Notes: a model not told the origin generated them from the sequence alone. A DNA stretch of 64,000 nt from Methanobacteriota archaeon (GCA_027064425.1 JAMOPO010000015.1:160001-224000), one strand, 5' to 3'; positions 50,705-62,800 are shown, counted from the first letter of the stretch. Made by a program: numbers and translations.

Positions 50705-51936
50705 GGTTCCCGCAGGCCCCCGAGGTGGACACCCCGACCGTGAAGCCCGAGGAGGTGGAGTCGTACCTAGACGACGTCCGGGAGCGGGTCGGGGCGTACG
50801 CCTTCGGCGAGAAGAGCTGGTCCAAGAAGGTCCGCTCCCGGCGCGCCTACCTCCGTAAGATCGAGGGAGATGACGAGGCGCTGAAGGCTTACTCTGCCCT
50901 CCTCACCATCGCCGCCTCCGGGCCCAGGCCGGCCCGGCACCTGGTCGCGGAGGGCGAGTCCGCCCTCGCCGAGACGGCTCTGTACGAGGCTCGACGAGAG
51001 AGTGACGAGCACGAGTGCCTCGAGGAGCGCGCGCTCCGAGAGCTCTACCGCTGGGACGTCAGGGTCCTGCACCGGGAGCTCCAGCTGTACGCCGTGCACT
51101 TCACCTACCCGCTGCTCCATCGCTCCCCGGGCGGCCAGAAGCTGAAGGTCCACGTCACCGACGACCCGGCGGAGGCACTGCGCGAGCTGCGCTCACCCAG
51201 CACCCTGGGCGTCCGGCTGAAGGGTCGCGTCGACGGAACGGTCCTCGCCTGCCCCCGGTGCGGGTACGCCCGCCTCATGGGGTCCGACGGGCTCGGTCAG
51301 AGCAGGAGCCGTCAGTTCGGCCGCCGCGACGCGTGCCCGGAGTGTCGCTCCCGACTGATTCGAGTCCCCGACAGCGTCCTGGACGTGCTCCGCGAGCCCG
51401 GCGGGTACCTCGTCATGCACTTCCGCACGCTCGCGCGCACCTTCCGGGAGGACGCCCGGCGCCTCACCCTGGAGGACATCGAGCGGGCCCCCTCGGACGA
51501 GGAGCTGCGCGAGGTCTGCCTGGAGCTCTTCCCCCGGCTCAAGGAGCGGATGGAGCGGGCCCGCCGGCGGGCCAAGCGCGGCGGCTTCCCACCCTGCATG
51601 AGGAGCCTCCTGGAGCGGGCTCAAGAGGGCGAGAACCTCCCGCACGAGGCGCGGTTCGCCCTGGCCGCCTTCCTGATCAACGTCGGCTGGGACGAGGACC
51701 AGGTGGTCGAGGTCTTCTCGAACCTACCCGACTTCGACGAGGAGCGCTGCCGGTACCAGGTGCGCCACATCGCCGGAAAGGAGGGGTCGGGAACGAGGTA
51801 CCTTCCGCCCAACTGCGACAAAATGCGCGAGTGGGGCCTCTGCGAGAACCCCGACGGCTGCGGCGTTAAGAACCCGATCGTGTACGCTCGGCGAGGAGGC
51901 GAGTCCGCAGGATCGAGCTCCGACGGCTCGGCATAG
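50695..51936 (+). CDS. priL: DNA primase large subunit with Zn-ribbon insertion
   Basis: FPPCM, NLPHEARF, DFDEERCRYQVRHI, YLPPNC..C..C Fe-S domain. Confidence 0.9.
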   Translation: MRPWFPQAPEVDTPTVKPEEVESYLDDVRERVGAYAFGEKSWSKKVRSRRAYLRKIEGDDEALKAYSALLTIAASGPRPARHLVAEGESALAETALYEARRESDEHECLEERALRELYRWDVRVLHRELQLYAVHFTYPLLHRSPGGQKLKVHVTDDPAEALRELRSPSTLGVRLKGRVDGTVLACPRCGYARLMGSDGLGQSRSRQFGRRDACPECRSRLIRVPDSVLDVLREPGGYLVMHFRTLARTFREDARRLTLEDIERAPSDEELREVCLELFPRLKERMERARRRAKRGGFPPCMRSLLERAQEGENLPHEARFALAAFLINVGWDEDQVVEVFSNLPDFDEERCRYQVRHIAGKEGSGTRYLPPNCDKMREWGLCENPDGCGVKNPIVYARRGGESAGSSSDGSA

Positions 51937-51985
51937 GCGGAACGCTCGTCACCCCGACCTCGGCGATGGGCCTGCTCGTCATCGC
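51928..51985 (-). ncRNA. C/D box sRNA candidate
   Basis: GCGATGA-guide-CCGA..GTGACGA-guide-CCGA, GACGG/CCGTC terminal stem, upstream TTTAAG. Confidence 0.55.
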
Positions 51986-52049
51986 CCGTCCCGCGAGCTT
52001 AACTTAAAGGCCCTTAAGACGACCTCGGTGACGGACGGGGGATGCCAGA

Positions 52050-54935
52050 ATGAGAGTCGCGCTCGCCGTCCTGCTCGCCGCGGTGATCGCGGTCGCGGTG
52101 CCGGGGCCCGCGGGTGCTCTGGGCCCGTTCCTTAAGGGCCTGAAAATCGACTACCCCATCGACTGGCCGCGCTACTCGTTCTGGACGCACTCCGAGGTAA
52201 GGGTCTGTAGCAACGCAGTCGCCTACGACATCAAGCCCGTGGACTTCGGGTACGAGGTGTTCCAGGCGAACGTGGGCGTGCCCGTGTCCAAGGTTCCGGC
52301 CAGGGGAGTACTGATCGGGTGGTACGAGAAGGGGGAGCGGGGCGCTCCGGGCACCCTCGGCCTCACGTTCCTGAACCCGCAAGGATACCGGGTGGACGTG
52401 CTCCGAATCCCCGTTCAGTCCGGGCCGGCTGACCGCACCTGCCTCGGACTGGCCTACGATCGGGGTGCCCGGACGGCCCTCGTGGCCTGGACCTCAGGAG
52501 ACGCGATCTGGTTGATGGCCGTGCGCCTGGGCAGCGTGGCCTACACCGTCCGCACCGAGTCGGGAACGGTCAGGATGACGATGCCCATCGTCGAGGCCGG
52601 GCCGATCCTGACGAGGGTCGACGGCGGCAGATTCCCGGGACTCGCCGCGTACAGGGACTTCAGGCAGGTTCAGGTGGTAAGGCTCGGTGACAACCAGTTC
52701 CTGGTGATGTTCACCGGCCGGAACCCGAGCAAGCCGGGCGAGTACGGCCGGGACCTGCTGTACCTGGTCGCCACCGTCGACTGGAGCCGCCGAGACATCA
52801 ACGTGAAGGTCGGTGGCCAGGACCTGGGCTTCCAGAGCGTGGTGGCGTACCGCGTCAAGCTGATTCGACTCAACCCGCGCCCGAACGTGATCGGCCTCGC
52901 GTTCATAGGTCGGTGGAGGCAGGCTGAGGCCGGCGTCTGGTGGGTGACCCTGGGCTTTGACGGCCGCGGTTTGCGGATCATCGACTACCGGCGAATCAGC
53001 GACGACGAGTTCTACCTACCGCAGACACCGTACGCCCTGTTGGACTTCGCCGTCTGCGACCTGGGCGACAGGTACGTTGTCCTGGTGGTCTGGAACGACT
53101 CGCGGATACCTCACTTCGCGTGGCTGCTCGAGCGGTACCTCCGTTACAAGTACGGTAAAGGCGTCGAGGTGAAGCTGCCGCAGCACGACAAGCTCTGGAC
53201 ACTGTACGGGCAGCGCGTGGTCCTGCGTCGGGACGGCACCGTGGATGAAGCCACGCTGCTGAGGTCGGAGGGTGGGTTCCCGAAGAACTTCGAGGTGGGC
53301 TACCTGGCCCGGGCTGAGGTCTCGAAGTCAGAGGAGGGCGTTACCGTCAGCGTGGACACTGCCGAGATCGACTCCGTCACCGTCCTCACCTGCACGATCA
53401 ACGGGAAACCGTACTTCGTCGTGCACTACGCGGCGAACCTCAGGTGGAAGGACGTGGCTTACTGGGTTGATTACGCCTACCTCGGCTGGGGCTTCGAGAA
53501 GTCGGCACACGGGTACGACGTGTTCGCCACTCCCGTCCCGGCTGACCCGACGGTTCCTCCGTCGGTGATCCCGGAGATGGACGAGTGCAAAACGGGCCGG
53601 CAGGAGACCGAGGCCTACGTTCTGTACCCGGTGCACGTGGAGGGCAAAGCCGGCGTCCTGGTGAGGAGCGGCGGGACAGTCCACATCGACGCCTCAGGGC
53701 TCGCGATGGTGGCCGCGCCGACCGGCACGTACCTGCACCTGCACGACGTCATCCCGTACGTCGAAGTAACGTCGCCGGAGGGCTGGACCCTGGGGCGTAA
53801 GGGGGAGAAGACCCGCGCCGTCTGCATGAACCAGCTGAGCGTCCGGGCGGTCACGCTGCCGGACTCGCCGATCGCGTTCGAGGGATACCTCGAGGTCGAG
53901 AAGGAGTCCGAGACCGGTCCGAAGGTGAGCGGACCGCTCTACGTTCGTGTCTTCGTCCCAATGGTCGGCCCGCTGAAAGACCTGTACCGGGAGTGCTACG
54001 AGCTGGGCCTGCTCCCGGGCAGGATCATGTACGGGCTGCTGACGGACGATGTAGCGTACCAGCTGCAGCTGAAGTACGGAACGTACCAGGGCGAGTTCTA
54101 CGGCGTCGTCACCCTGACGGACGTCCTGGTCTGCGGGACGCTCGAGGCGAGACCGATCGTCATCGAGGATCACCCGTCGATCGTCCCGACGCACCTGCAG
54201 TACGACCTGATGGCCGGGGAGCCGCCCACCGGCCGGCTTGAGGTGTACTACACCACCGACTTCAAGGACGTCCTGCCGCCGGGCTCGGTCTTCCTCGTGA
54301 TGCTCAAGCAGGGGCAGCCCGTGTCGGCCGACTACTTCCTGCTGAAAGGGGGCGAGATCCTCAGCACGGAGGTCTCGATACCGCTCGCCGAGGCGCTGGC
54401 CAAGCTCATGGAGGCGGTGAAGAACGGGGTCCTCGATACGTCGAGGCTGCCCGCCTGCGCTAAGCGCGCCATCGAGGTGCTCGAGAGGCTGCCCAAGACG
54501 CGCATCGTCGAGGAGGCCATCAGCCTGCTGAAGGAGCTGCTCAACGCCCCACCCAACCTACTGCCCCAGACGTTCCGTCGGGTCCTGGGCCGGCTGATCG
54601 AGCTCACGCAGGGACAGTACGTCATCACGGCCTTCTTCCTACCGGCGGTCAGCGACGTCGAGGACCTGCCGCTGCCCGCCAGGCGCGATCAGCGCCTCTC
54701 GCGGGCGATCCACGAGATCGCGTACCTGGGCGCCACCAGCTGGGTGCCGCTGTACATGACCTGCGGGTCGGTTACCATCCGAGTCTCCGGCGGCACCGTG
54801 GTCGTCGCCAGCGGCCACCGCTCCACGCCGACGACCGGGCCCGGCCGCCCCGGTCAGGGTGTCAGGCCGTTCCAGCGGATCTCACCGGTGATCCTCCCGA
54901 TCGCGCCCCCGCGTGCGCGTCGTCGCCGCTCGTAG
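52050..54935 (+). CDS. Large secreted beta-rich hypothetical protein
   Basis: Signal peptide MRVALAVLLAAVIAVAVPGPAGA; C-terminal PVILPIAPPRARRRRS. Confidence 0.75.
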   Translation: MRVALAVLLAAVIAVAVPGPAGALGPFLKGLKIDYPIDWPRYSFWTHSEVRVCSNAVAYDIKPVDFGYEVFQANVGVPVSKVPARGVLIGWYEKGERGAPGTLGLTFLNPQGYRVDVLRIPVQSGPADRTCLGLAYDRGARTALVAWTSGDAIWLMAVRLGSVAYTVRTESGTVRMTMPIVEAGPILTRVDGGRFPGLAAYRDFRQVQVVRLGDNQFLVMFTGRNPSKPGEYGRDLLYLVATVDWSRRDINVKVGGQDLGFQSVVAYRVKLIRLNPRPNVIGLAFIGRWRQAEAGVWWVTLGFDGRGLRIIDYRRISDDEFYLPQTPYALLDFAVCDLGDRYVVLVVWNDSRIPHFAWLLERYLRYKYGKGVEVKLPQHDKLWTLYGQRVVLRRDGTVDEATLLRSEGGFPKNFEVGYLARAEVSKSEEGVTVSVDTAEIDSVTVLTCTINGKPYFVVHYAANLRWKDVAYWVDYAYLGWGFEKSAHGYDVFATPVPADPTVPPSVIPEMDECKTGRQETEAYVLYPVHVEGKAGVLVRSGGTVHIDASGLAMVAAPTGTYLHLHDVIPYVEVTSPEGWTLGRKGEKTRAVCMNQLSVRAVTLPDSPIAFEGYLEVEKESETGPKVSGPLYVRVFVPMVGPLKDLYRECYELGLLPGRIMYGLLTDDVAYQLQLKYGTYQGEFYGVVTLTDVLVCGTLEARPIVIEDHPSIVPTHLQYDLMAGEPPTGRLEVYYTTDFKDVLPPGSVFLVMLKQGQPVSADYFLLKGGEILSTEVSIPLAEALAKLMEAVKNGVLDTSRLPACAKRAIEVLERLPKTRIVEEAISLLKELLNAPPNLLPQTFRRVLGRLIELTQGQYVITAFFLPAVSDVEDLPLPARRDQRLSRAIHEIAYLGATSWVPLYMTCGSVTIRVSGGTVVVASGHRSTPTTGPGRPGQGVRPFQRISPVILPIAPPRARRRRS

Positions 54936-54962
54936 CACGAACCTTTTTTCAAAGCTGATTGA

Positions 54963-54995
54963 GTATTACTCTCAGCTCAACCCGTAATCTTTAAG
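54963..54995 (+). promoter_or_regulatory. NikR-like operator GTATTA-N16-TAATCT abutting a TATA-like TTTAAG
   Basis: Spacing and half-sites resemble NikR operators (E. coli GTATGA-N16-TCATAC); the right half-site is imperfect. Confidence 0.4.
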
Positions 54996-55036
54996 TCGCA
55001 ACCCAGGGCGCCGGCGTCGGGGGTGAGAGCACCTCG

Positions 55037-56782
55037 ATGAGAGCCCCCGCGCTGCTTCTCGTCCTAGCGTCCGTCCTGGTGGCAACCGGGGTTCCGGCCA
55101 GCGCGGCGTCGGAGCGGGACGTCAGCCAGTGCCTGCAGGATTGCATCAAGTGGCTGGTGGAGAACCAGTTCACGGAGCAGGACGTGGGCAAGTCGTGGAC
55201 GTTCGAGGATCCGGGCGGCACGTACCAGGGTGCCAGGTACGCGGTGCACTTCGCCACCGAGGAGAACGGGCAGCTGAAGGACCAGGGTCCGGCTAAGGAG
55301 GTGCTCCGAGTCGAGCAGTACGACGTGGGCGTGTGGCCGGCCACGTTCAAGGGCGACAACCGGATCATCGCGGTGAGGGCCAGCCAGTGCGCGTTTCGGG
55401 ACAAGTACGGCCTGGAGGCCGTGCAGGTGGGTAAGTACATCGCGGCGCTGGTGGACAGGTCCAAGCGCGTGATCTACGTGAAGCCGTCCAGCAAGTACCC
55501 GGGCGTGCTGTTCGGCGGCGAGCCGGCGTACTCGTCGACGAAGTTCGCCGTCCCGATGCTGGTTCTCGCGGTTAAGGAGGGCGTCAAGGATCCAGCCTTC
55601 AAGGAGGCCGTGAAGCGCGCCGTGAAGTGGGTGCTCACGGTCAACAAACCGCGCGGGTATTACTACCAGCGGTCGCTGGCGGCGATCCGCGAGAAGCTGG
55701 AGAAGGAGGGCAACCTCACGACCAGCATCGGCGGCGCGCTGTACTACTACGTGATTCCGCTGCTGCTGGGCCGCGAGCTGGGGATCGTGGACGACGACCT
55801 GTGGAACCAGTGCAAGGACCACGCGCTGTACATCCTGAGGCACGCGGTGCTGGCGCCGGAGGTGCACTGGAAGACGTGGGCCGAGTACCGGAACGTTCTC
55901 GTGATTGACGCGAAGGGCAAGCTGGCCTACTGGCTGAGGCAGAAGCGGAAGGAGGGTGAGTGGGTCAGCTACAGTCGGACGTACGACACCGCGGCGGCCG
56001 TGCTGGCGCTGGTGCACGCGATCAAGCTCGGGCTACTGAAGCCGGACGAGGAGGTTCAGATCGGTGAGGTGAAGGTCAAAGTCGGTGACCTGGTCCGGTA
56101 CGCGACGAACGCGCTGGTGAGGTTCTTCGTCGAGGGCTGCGGCAACCCGTGCTACCTGGAGAAGCAGGCGGTGGAGCAGGGAGTCTACTGGAAGTCGTAT
56201 TACTACCCGGTGAAGTACTCGTTCTACGCCCTGTGGGCGATCCGGGACGCGAGGGAGGCGGGGCTGCTCGGTGACTACGCGCGGAAGCACCTGAGCGTTG
56301 CGCTGCGGCGGTACGTGGGCTGGCTGGAGGGCATGCAGCTGGAGGGCAGGCCGGGGTACTTCCCGTACAACGAGTACATCCTGGGCTCGCCGGACTTCGC
56401 GAGCACCTGCGCCGCGCTGCTGGGCCTGTGCATGGCGGTAGAAATGGGACACCGTAGTCCGACAGCGATCGACCTGATCAAGAGGGTGGTTGACGCGCTG
56501 ATCAGCCAGTACAGGGACGCCAAGAAGCGGGGGCTGAAGTACCTATTCTACGTGCCGACGCCGGAGAGCAGGTACTACCTGTACATGTCCAGGTTCTTCG
56601 CGGACCGCAGCGTGAACGAGGTGGCGTTCGCGACCGCACACGCGGTGGCGGCGCTGGCCGCGGTGGAGAAGCTGCCGGCAGACGTTAAGAAGCAGGTTCT
56701 GAAGGGCAGGAAGGTGCCGGTGGCACCGGTAGTGATGGCGGCGGTGGCACTGCTGTTACTCAGGCGCCGCCTCCCCGCCTAA
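55037..56782 (+). CDS. Secreted alpha/alpha-barrel-like (prenyltransferase-repeat-like) protein with C-terminal anchor
   Basis: Signal peptide; repeats such as CIKWLVENQ, AVKWVL, GWLEGMQ, TAAAVLAL; tail PVAPVVMAAVALLLLRRR. Confidence 0.7.
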   Translation: MRAPALLLVLASVLVATGVPASAASERDVSQCLQDCIKWLVENQFTEQDVGKSWTFEDPGGTYQGARYAVHFATEENGQLKDQGPAKEVLRVEQYDVGVWPATFKGDNRIIAVRASQCAFRDKYGLEAVQVGKYIAALVDRSKRVIYVKPSSKYPGVLFGGEPAYSSTKFAVPMLVLAVKEGVKDPAFKEAVKRAVKWVLTVNKPRGYYYQRSLAAIREKLEKEGNLTTSIGGALYYYVIPLLLGRELGIVDDDLWNQCKDHALYILRHAVLAPEVHWKTWAEYRNVLVIDAKGKLAYWLRQKRKEGEWVSYSRTYDTAAAVLALVHAIKLGLLKPDEEVQIGEVKVKVGDLVRYATNALVRFFVEGCGNPCYLEKQAVEQGVYWKSYYYPVKYSFYALWAIRDAREAGLLGDYARKHLSVALRRYVGWLEGMQLEGRPGYFPYNEYILGSPDFASTCAALLGLCMAVEMGHRSPTAIDLIKRVVDALISQYRDAKKRGLKYLFYVPTPESRYYLYMSRFFADRSVNEVAFATAHAVAALAAVEKLPADVKKQVLKGRKVPVAPVVMAAVALLLLRRRLPA

Positions 56783-56802
56783 ACGCCCCCGCTAGGGGGT
56801 TC

Positions 56803-59800
56803 TTGATGAAGGACGTCCGACGCCTCGCCCTCCCTCTAGCGCTCCTCCTAGTTCACCTCCCGGTCCAGACGGAAGCGTCCCCGCTGCAGGACTCTCCCCA
56901 CCACCTCGTCGTCGTGACCGGGTACTGGTCCCTGGGGCTACCGGCCGCCAAGGCTGCCTCCGGACTGCCCGTCACGGTCGTCGTGGAGGACGCCGTGTCT
57001 CACGGATTCGTCTCACCCGACGCGGTCAAGGAGGCGATCCTGCGCGCCGACACGATCCTACTAGTTCACACGAGGAGCAACCCGATCCTCGGCACGATCC
57101 TAGCGAACCTGCCCGCCGGGAAGCGGGTGTTCGTGTACAACAACGTGCTCCCGAAGCCGCAGGACGCCCGGAACCTGGCGGACGTCACGGTGGAGTGGGA
57201 GGGCGTCACGATACCGCTCTCCCTGTACGTCCAGTCCCGCTCTGAACGCAACCTCCGGAGCCTATTCGAGTACCTGCTGACCGGGCGACCGGGCCCGTTC
57301 CACCCGTTCGACGGCTGGGTCGAGGGCTACGACTACGAGCGCGACGAGATCGTGCGGCCCGAGGATCCCGGTCCGGAGGAGCTCCGGGAGGCGCTCTCCC
57401 GGTACGGATCCGCGCCCGTCTACCTGGGAGATCGGGCGTACCCGCGGTGGTTCGTCGAGCTCCTTAAGTCCCGGCTGCCCGACCTGATCCGAGAGGTACT
57501 CTCGCACGAGCCTCGGCGCGACGGCCCGGCGGTCCTGATCGTCTGCGACTCAACCGCGCTGGAGTGCGGGTGGACGGCCCCGCTGCGAGAGCTCTGCCGG
57601 GCGCTGGTCAAGCGCGGGCTGGCGCCGCTGGTGCTGGCGCTGCACTACGACCTGCTGGACGGGGACCTGGAGGACGTCCTCCGGGCCCTGCGCGAGACGG
57701 TGAGGCGGCTCAACGTCCAGGCCGTGATCTTCCTGGCCGGCTTCTTCCGCATGCGCTCCCCGGACTCCCCGGAGGTGAAGCTGCTTGAGGAGCTCGGTGT
57801 GCCCGTGGTTAAGGCGATCAGGCTCGGGCACACGATGACGGAGTGGCAAGCGTACTGGCGGATGCCCAGCGGCATGGACTGGTCCGCGCTGTACCACATC
57901 GTGATCCCGGAGAACCTGGGCCTGATCGAGGGCATCCCGATCTCGGTCCGCGAGTGGCGGACGGACGGTCCGAGAACCCTGCTGGGCGGCGTCTGGCGCG
58001 CGGACGTGCCCGTCCCGCCCATGGTCGAGCTGCTGGCGAGCCGGGTGGCCGCGTGGGTCAAGCTCCGGCTGAAGCCGAACGCGGAGAAGCGGGTGGTCAT
58101 CCTCTACTGGGCGGCCGAGCCGGGCAAGGAGGGAGTGGGTGTCGCCTCCTCGCTCGACGTCTCGGCCTCGATCGTCAACTTCCTCGCCTGGCTGCTGGCG
58201 CGCGGGTACCGGGTCGAAATCCCGCGGGAGCTCGCCGAGTACCTCCGGCGGTTCGCGGACGAGGTTCCCCGGGACTCCGAGCTGTACCGGGCGCTGAAGT
58301 CCGGCTCGATCGAGGAGGTGGTCAGGGCGATTCGAGGCACGCTCCTCGAGATCAACCGGCTGGAGGTGGAGGCGGAGGAACTCGCGGAGAAGGGTGGGTG
58401 GAGGCGGGCGCTCGAGCTCTACGCGCGGGCTTACCGCCTCATGCGGCCCCTCGCCGACGCGCTCGGCCGGTTGATGGTGGAGGAGGGCTCCAACATCGGG
58501 GCCTACATCCTGCGGCGCGTGCGGGCCGAGGACGGCAGGCTCGTGCTGGAGCTGCTGGCCTACGAGAACGGCAGGTTCGTGCGGAGGGAGTGGGAGGTCC
58601 GCTACGTTCATCTCCTGCCGCTCGACGAGTACCTGCGCTGGTACCGTACCCTGCCGGAGGAGGCCAGGCTGTGCGTGGAGAAAGGCATCTTCGGGTACCT
58701 GGAGGCGCTGCTGAGGTTCGTGAAGCGGTACGGTCCGGTGGTGGATTCGCTGAAGCTCCGGGCGCTGACGAACGGGTTGAGGTCGCTGGTGGCGTACGTC
58801 GAGGGCCACCTGCAGTACCTCCAGCTGTCCGACCGGGAGCGTCGGGAGTTCCTGGGCGACCTCCGGTCGCTGGTGGAGGACGTCGTCTCCGCCCTGACCG
58901 ACCCGAACCGGGTGGATGAGGCGCTGCACCGGTGCGAGGAGCTGCACCGGAAGTGGTCGCGGGTGGAGGCGCTGTACGGGTGGTTCACGGGGTGGGGTCC
59001 GCCCGAACGCTCGCGTTACCTCGTCGAAATTGACGGGAAGAAGTACTTCGTGATTCGCGGGATCCGGTTCGGGAACGTGCTGGTCGCGCCGCAGCCGGCG
59101 CGCGGGTACTACGTGGGCATCAGCGTCGCTTACCACTCCACGATCCTGCCGCCCTGTCACTATTACCTCGCCTGTTACTACTACTTCACCCGCGTTTTCC
59201 GCGCGGACGTGATCGTGAACACGGGCAAGCACGGCACGTACGAGTGGCTCCCGTACAAACCCCTCTTCATGTCCTGGTGGGACTTCCCGCAGATCTGCAT
59301 CCAGGACGTTCCACAGGTGTACCCGTATTACGTGGCCGACCCCTCCGAGGCGCTGGTCGCGAAGCGGCGGGGCTGGGCCGTCCTGGTTAACTACCTGCCG
59401 GAGTCGCTGGCCAGGTGCGAGCTGGAGGACGAGTGGGGCGAGCTACTCGAGCTCCTGCGAGAGTACCTGTCCTCGGGCCTGAGCGTGTACCGGGCGCGGA
59501 TCCTGGAGCTCGTCAAGAAGACGCGGGCGTACGAGCTCCTGAACCTCAGCTCGCTGGAGGAGTTCGAGCGGGATTTTGACGGCAACTGCGCCCGGCTCTA
59601 CTTCCTGCTCCACGACCTGGAGGAGCACGAGGTGGTTCCGGTCGGGCTGCACGTGTTCGGGATGCCGCCGTTGGGTGAGGATCCCGTCGAGACGCTGGCC
59701 AGCTTCGCCGCGAAAATCCTGGTGAACGAGACGCTCGGCGCGCTGGACTACCCGCGCGCCCTGGAGCTCTGTCGGGAGGTGATCGAGCGGCCGGAGGCGA

Positions 59801-62800
59801 GGGAGTCCGACGAGCTGCACCGGGAGGCGGCGCGGGTCGTGGAGCTGCTCTTCCAGAGCGCGCGGCTCGAGCGGGAGAACTTCCTCCGCGCGCTCGAGGG
59901 CCGCTACGTTCCACCAGGGTACGCCTCGAGCCCGTTCAAGGAGATCGACGCGCTGCCCACGGGCAGGAACTCCTGCATGTTCGACCCTCGCAAGTGGCCG
60001 GACTGGATCTCGATCAACCCCGCGTACGCGGTGGCGATCCCCCTCCGACTGGTCGCGAAGAAGGTCGTCGCGTTCGACTGGGCGACGGATAACATCAACA
60101 CGCGGGCGCTGCCGATCGCGGTGCAAATGCTGCTGCTGGGCGTTCTCCCACGCCGGAACTCTGAGGGGGTCGTCGTCGGCGTCGACCCGTGCGCGCCGCT
60201 CCGCCCGAACGCCGTGGCGGGAACGCGCCGATACGGCCAGGTCCTGATCACGGGCAGGCTCGTTCGCATGGATCTCTTGGGTTCGGGCACGGTGCGCCTG
60301 GTGGTCGCACCGCCCGGCGGCGGGACCGAGATCGAGGTGCGAGCCCCGCTCGACTCCCTCCCGTTCCCGCTGTTCGTGGGCGACCACGTGACGATCCTGG
60401 GCACGCTGGTTCCGCCCGAGCGGAGGGTGGAGCTGCTGGACGCCGAGGTGCTGAGATCGTACGAGGGAGGGTACCTGACGCCCACCGAGCTCGCGGCCGT
60501 GGGAAGCGTGGCCTCGGGCCCCGTCGTGGTGAAGGGAACGGTCAAAGAGGTCAGCGGGAACTTCCTGGTGGTTACGGACGGGACGACGGACGTCCGGTGC
60601 TGCGTCGCGGGTCCCGTGCGGGTGAGGCCGGGCGAGACGGTCTTCGTGCGCGGGCGACCGCTGATCCAAGAGGAGCCGCCGATCGTGTCCGCGACGCTCG
60701 TGCTCCGGGGCCGGCTGACGCGGATCACGGACGTGATCGTGCTCGGCACCTCCTGCTTCCGGGACGTGTTCGCCCACAACATCCTCGCGGAGCTGTTCCT
60801 GGGCCGCGCGGCGGCCATTTTAGCGGCGGAGCCGTACCTGGCGGCGGAGCTCGGTGTTCCCTCCTTGGTCGGAGCGCGGGTGAAGGGGGCGAACGTCCCC
60901 GGGCTCGTGCTGGAGCGACTGCGGGAGATCGTGGGCCGGTTGCGGCAGGGTCGGTGGGAGAACCCGCTGCACGAGACCGTGCTGCGGGTCTACGAGGCGG
61001 CGCTGGACCTGGCCTCCTCCATGGGTAGGGAGAGGTTGGCGAGGCTGCTGTGGGAGGGGTTGAAGTCGCTCTACGCTCAGGTTCAGGAGGCGTGCTCGCA
61101 GCAGGGGCTGAGCTTCGACTCCGTGCTCTCTACGGCCAGGGAGCTGGCGTATCTCGCGCCACCGAGCGAGAACTACGCGTTCCTGGACTGGGCGGCGGTC
61201 TACCTGGCGCTACTCGCGTGCCGGGAGCGTGAAGTCAGCGCGCCGCTCCGGGCTTGGGTGGAGCAGGTCCGGAGGATCCCGGAGGCGGATTACCCGCTCC
61301 TGGCGGCGATCGACGTGTTCTGTCAGGCGCCCGGTGACTACACGAACGTGATCGGGAAGACGATCGAGTCGGGCGCGTTCCTGCTGGAGGAGCGGGTTAA
61401 GCTGGCCCTGACCTGGATCTCCGCGATGAGCTACCTGTACGGGCCGCGGTACTGGGGCGTCAGCGTGCCGCTGCTGCTCGCGCTGAACCTGGCGGTCCCG
61501 GACCACACGCTCCACACGATGGTCTCCTCGGACGAGAAGGCGACGTTCTTCTACGACGACTGCATCTACGCGTTCGAAGGCGGGATGCGGCTGGCCGTCG
61601 AGGCCGTGAACGGGCTGGCGCCCGAGCAGGAGCCGGAGATCGGCATGCTCGTGCTCAACCTGCGCCACGCCGCCCTCGGGACCTACACCGGCGGCGACTA
61701 CTCTCGAACGGTGTACCGGCTGGCCCACGTCGCCGAGCTGATCGCCCGCGCCAACCCGAGCCTGGCCCCGTGGCTCCGCGACCTGGCGTCCAGCCTGGCG
61801 GCCGGTAACCTGATGGCGGCGATGATCGCGAGCAACCTGACCCTGCTGATGCAGCCGTCGACCGAGGCGGAGCTGCGGGCGCTGCGCGGCGACCTGACGG
61901 CCGCGTACCGGTACGCCCTGCTGATGCCGTTCCAGTCCTACGCCTGGTACGACCTCATGCGCACGGTCTTCAACCCGCTGTATCTGCGCGGCAAGCGGTT
62001 TCACGGCTACTCAGGTGCGGTGGACCTACTCAAGCGACTCGACTTCCTGATCACCGGCTGGAGCACCCTGACGCCGGGCCTGCTCGGCTGGAACGGCATC
62101 TTCCGCCGCGTCGCCCGGGTTCTGGTCGAGAACAGGTCCTGGCTGGCGCGTTACGCCCCGGAGAGTCTGCTGTCCGTCTCGGTCAAGCTCCTGGTGATCG
62201 CGTTCGATCGGGCCCGGTACGGGCTGGTGAGCGGGGAGCTGCTGCGCAGCCCCGAGTTCGTGCAGCTGGTCCGCGAGGTCATCGTGCCCGAGCTGCTTGA
62301 GGGCGAGCTGTGCTGCTGCCCGGCCGTGTGCGGTAACCCAACGATTCAGGAGCGGTTCCTGCAGGCGCTCGCGGCCTACGAGTCCATCATCCCGCAGGTG
62401 CGTCCGGCCATCGCGGTCTTCACGACCAACTACGTGGGCCGGCCGATCCCAGGCCGGACCGCCAACGTCACCACCGCCCCGGGAGCGGCGCCGGCCCCGA
62501 CCACCGTCGGCCCGACGCCCGCATCGTCCCTCGCACCGACCGCGGCTCCGGCGACGACACCGGCGGTCAGCCCCGCCGCCCTCCCCGCGCCCAGCCCGGC
62601 GCCGCGGCGGGTCTTGAACGCCCAGGCGCCGAGTGCCACCACGGCACCGGTCTCAACATCTACCTCGGGCACCCCGGCGACGAGCGGTACGCGGTCCATC
62701 GCCAGCACCGCCGCGGCCCCCTCAGCCAGCGCGCCGGTCAGCCCGATGACCGGAGCCAGAACCGCCGTCCGGGTGGCCAGAGCGGTGGCCGCCGTCGCGG

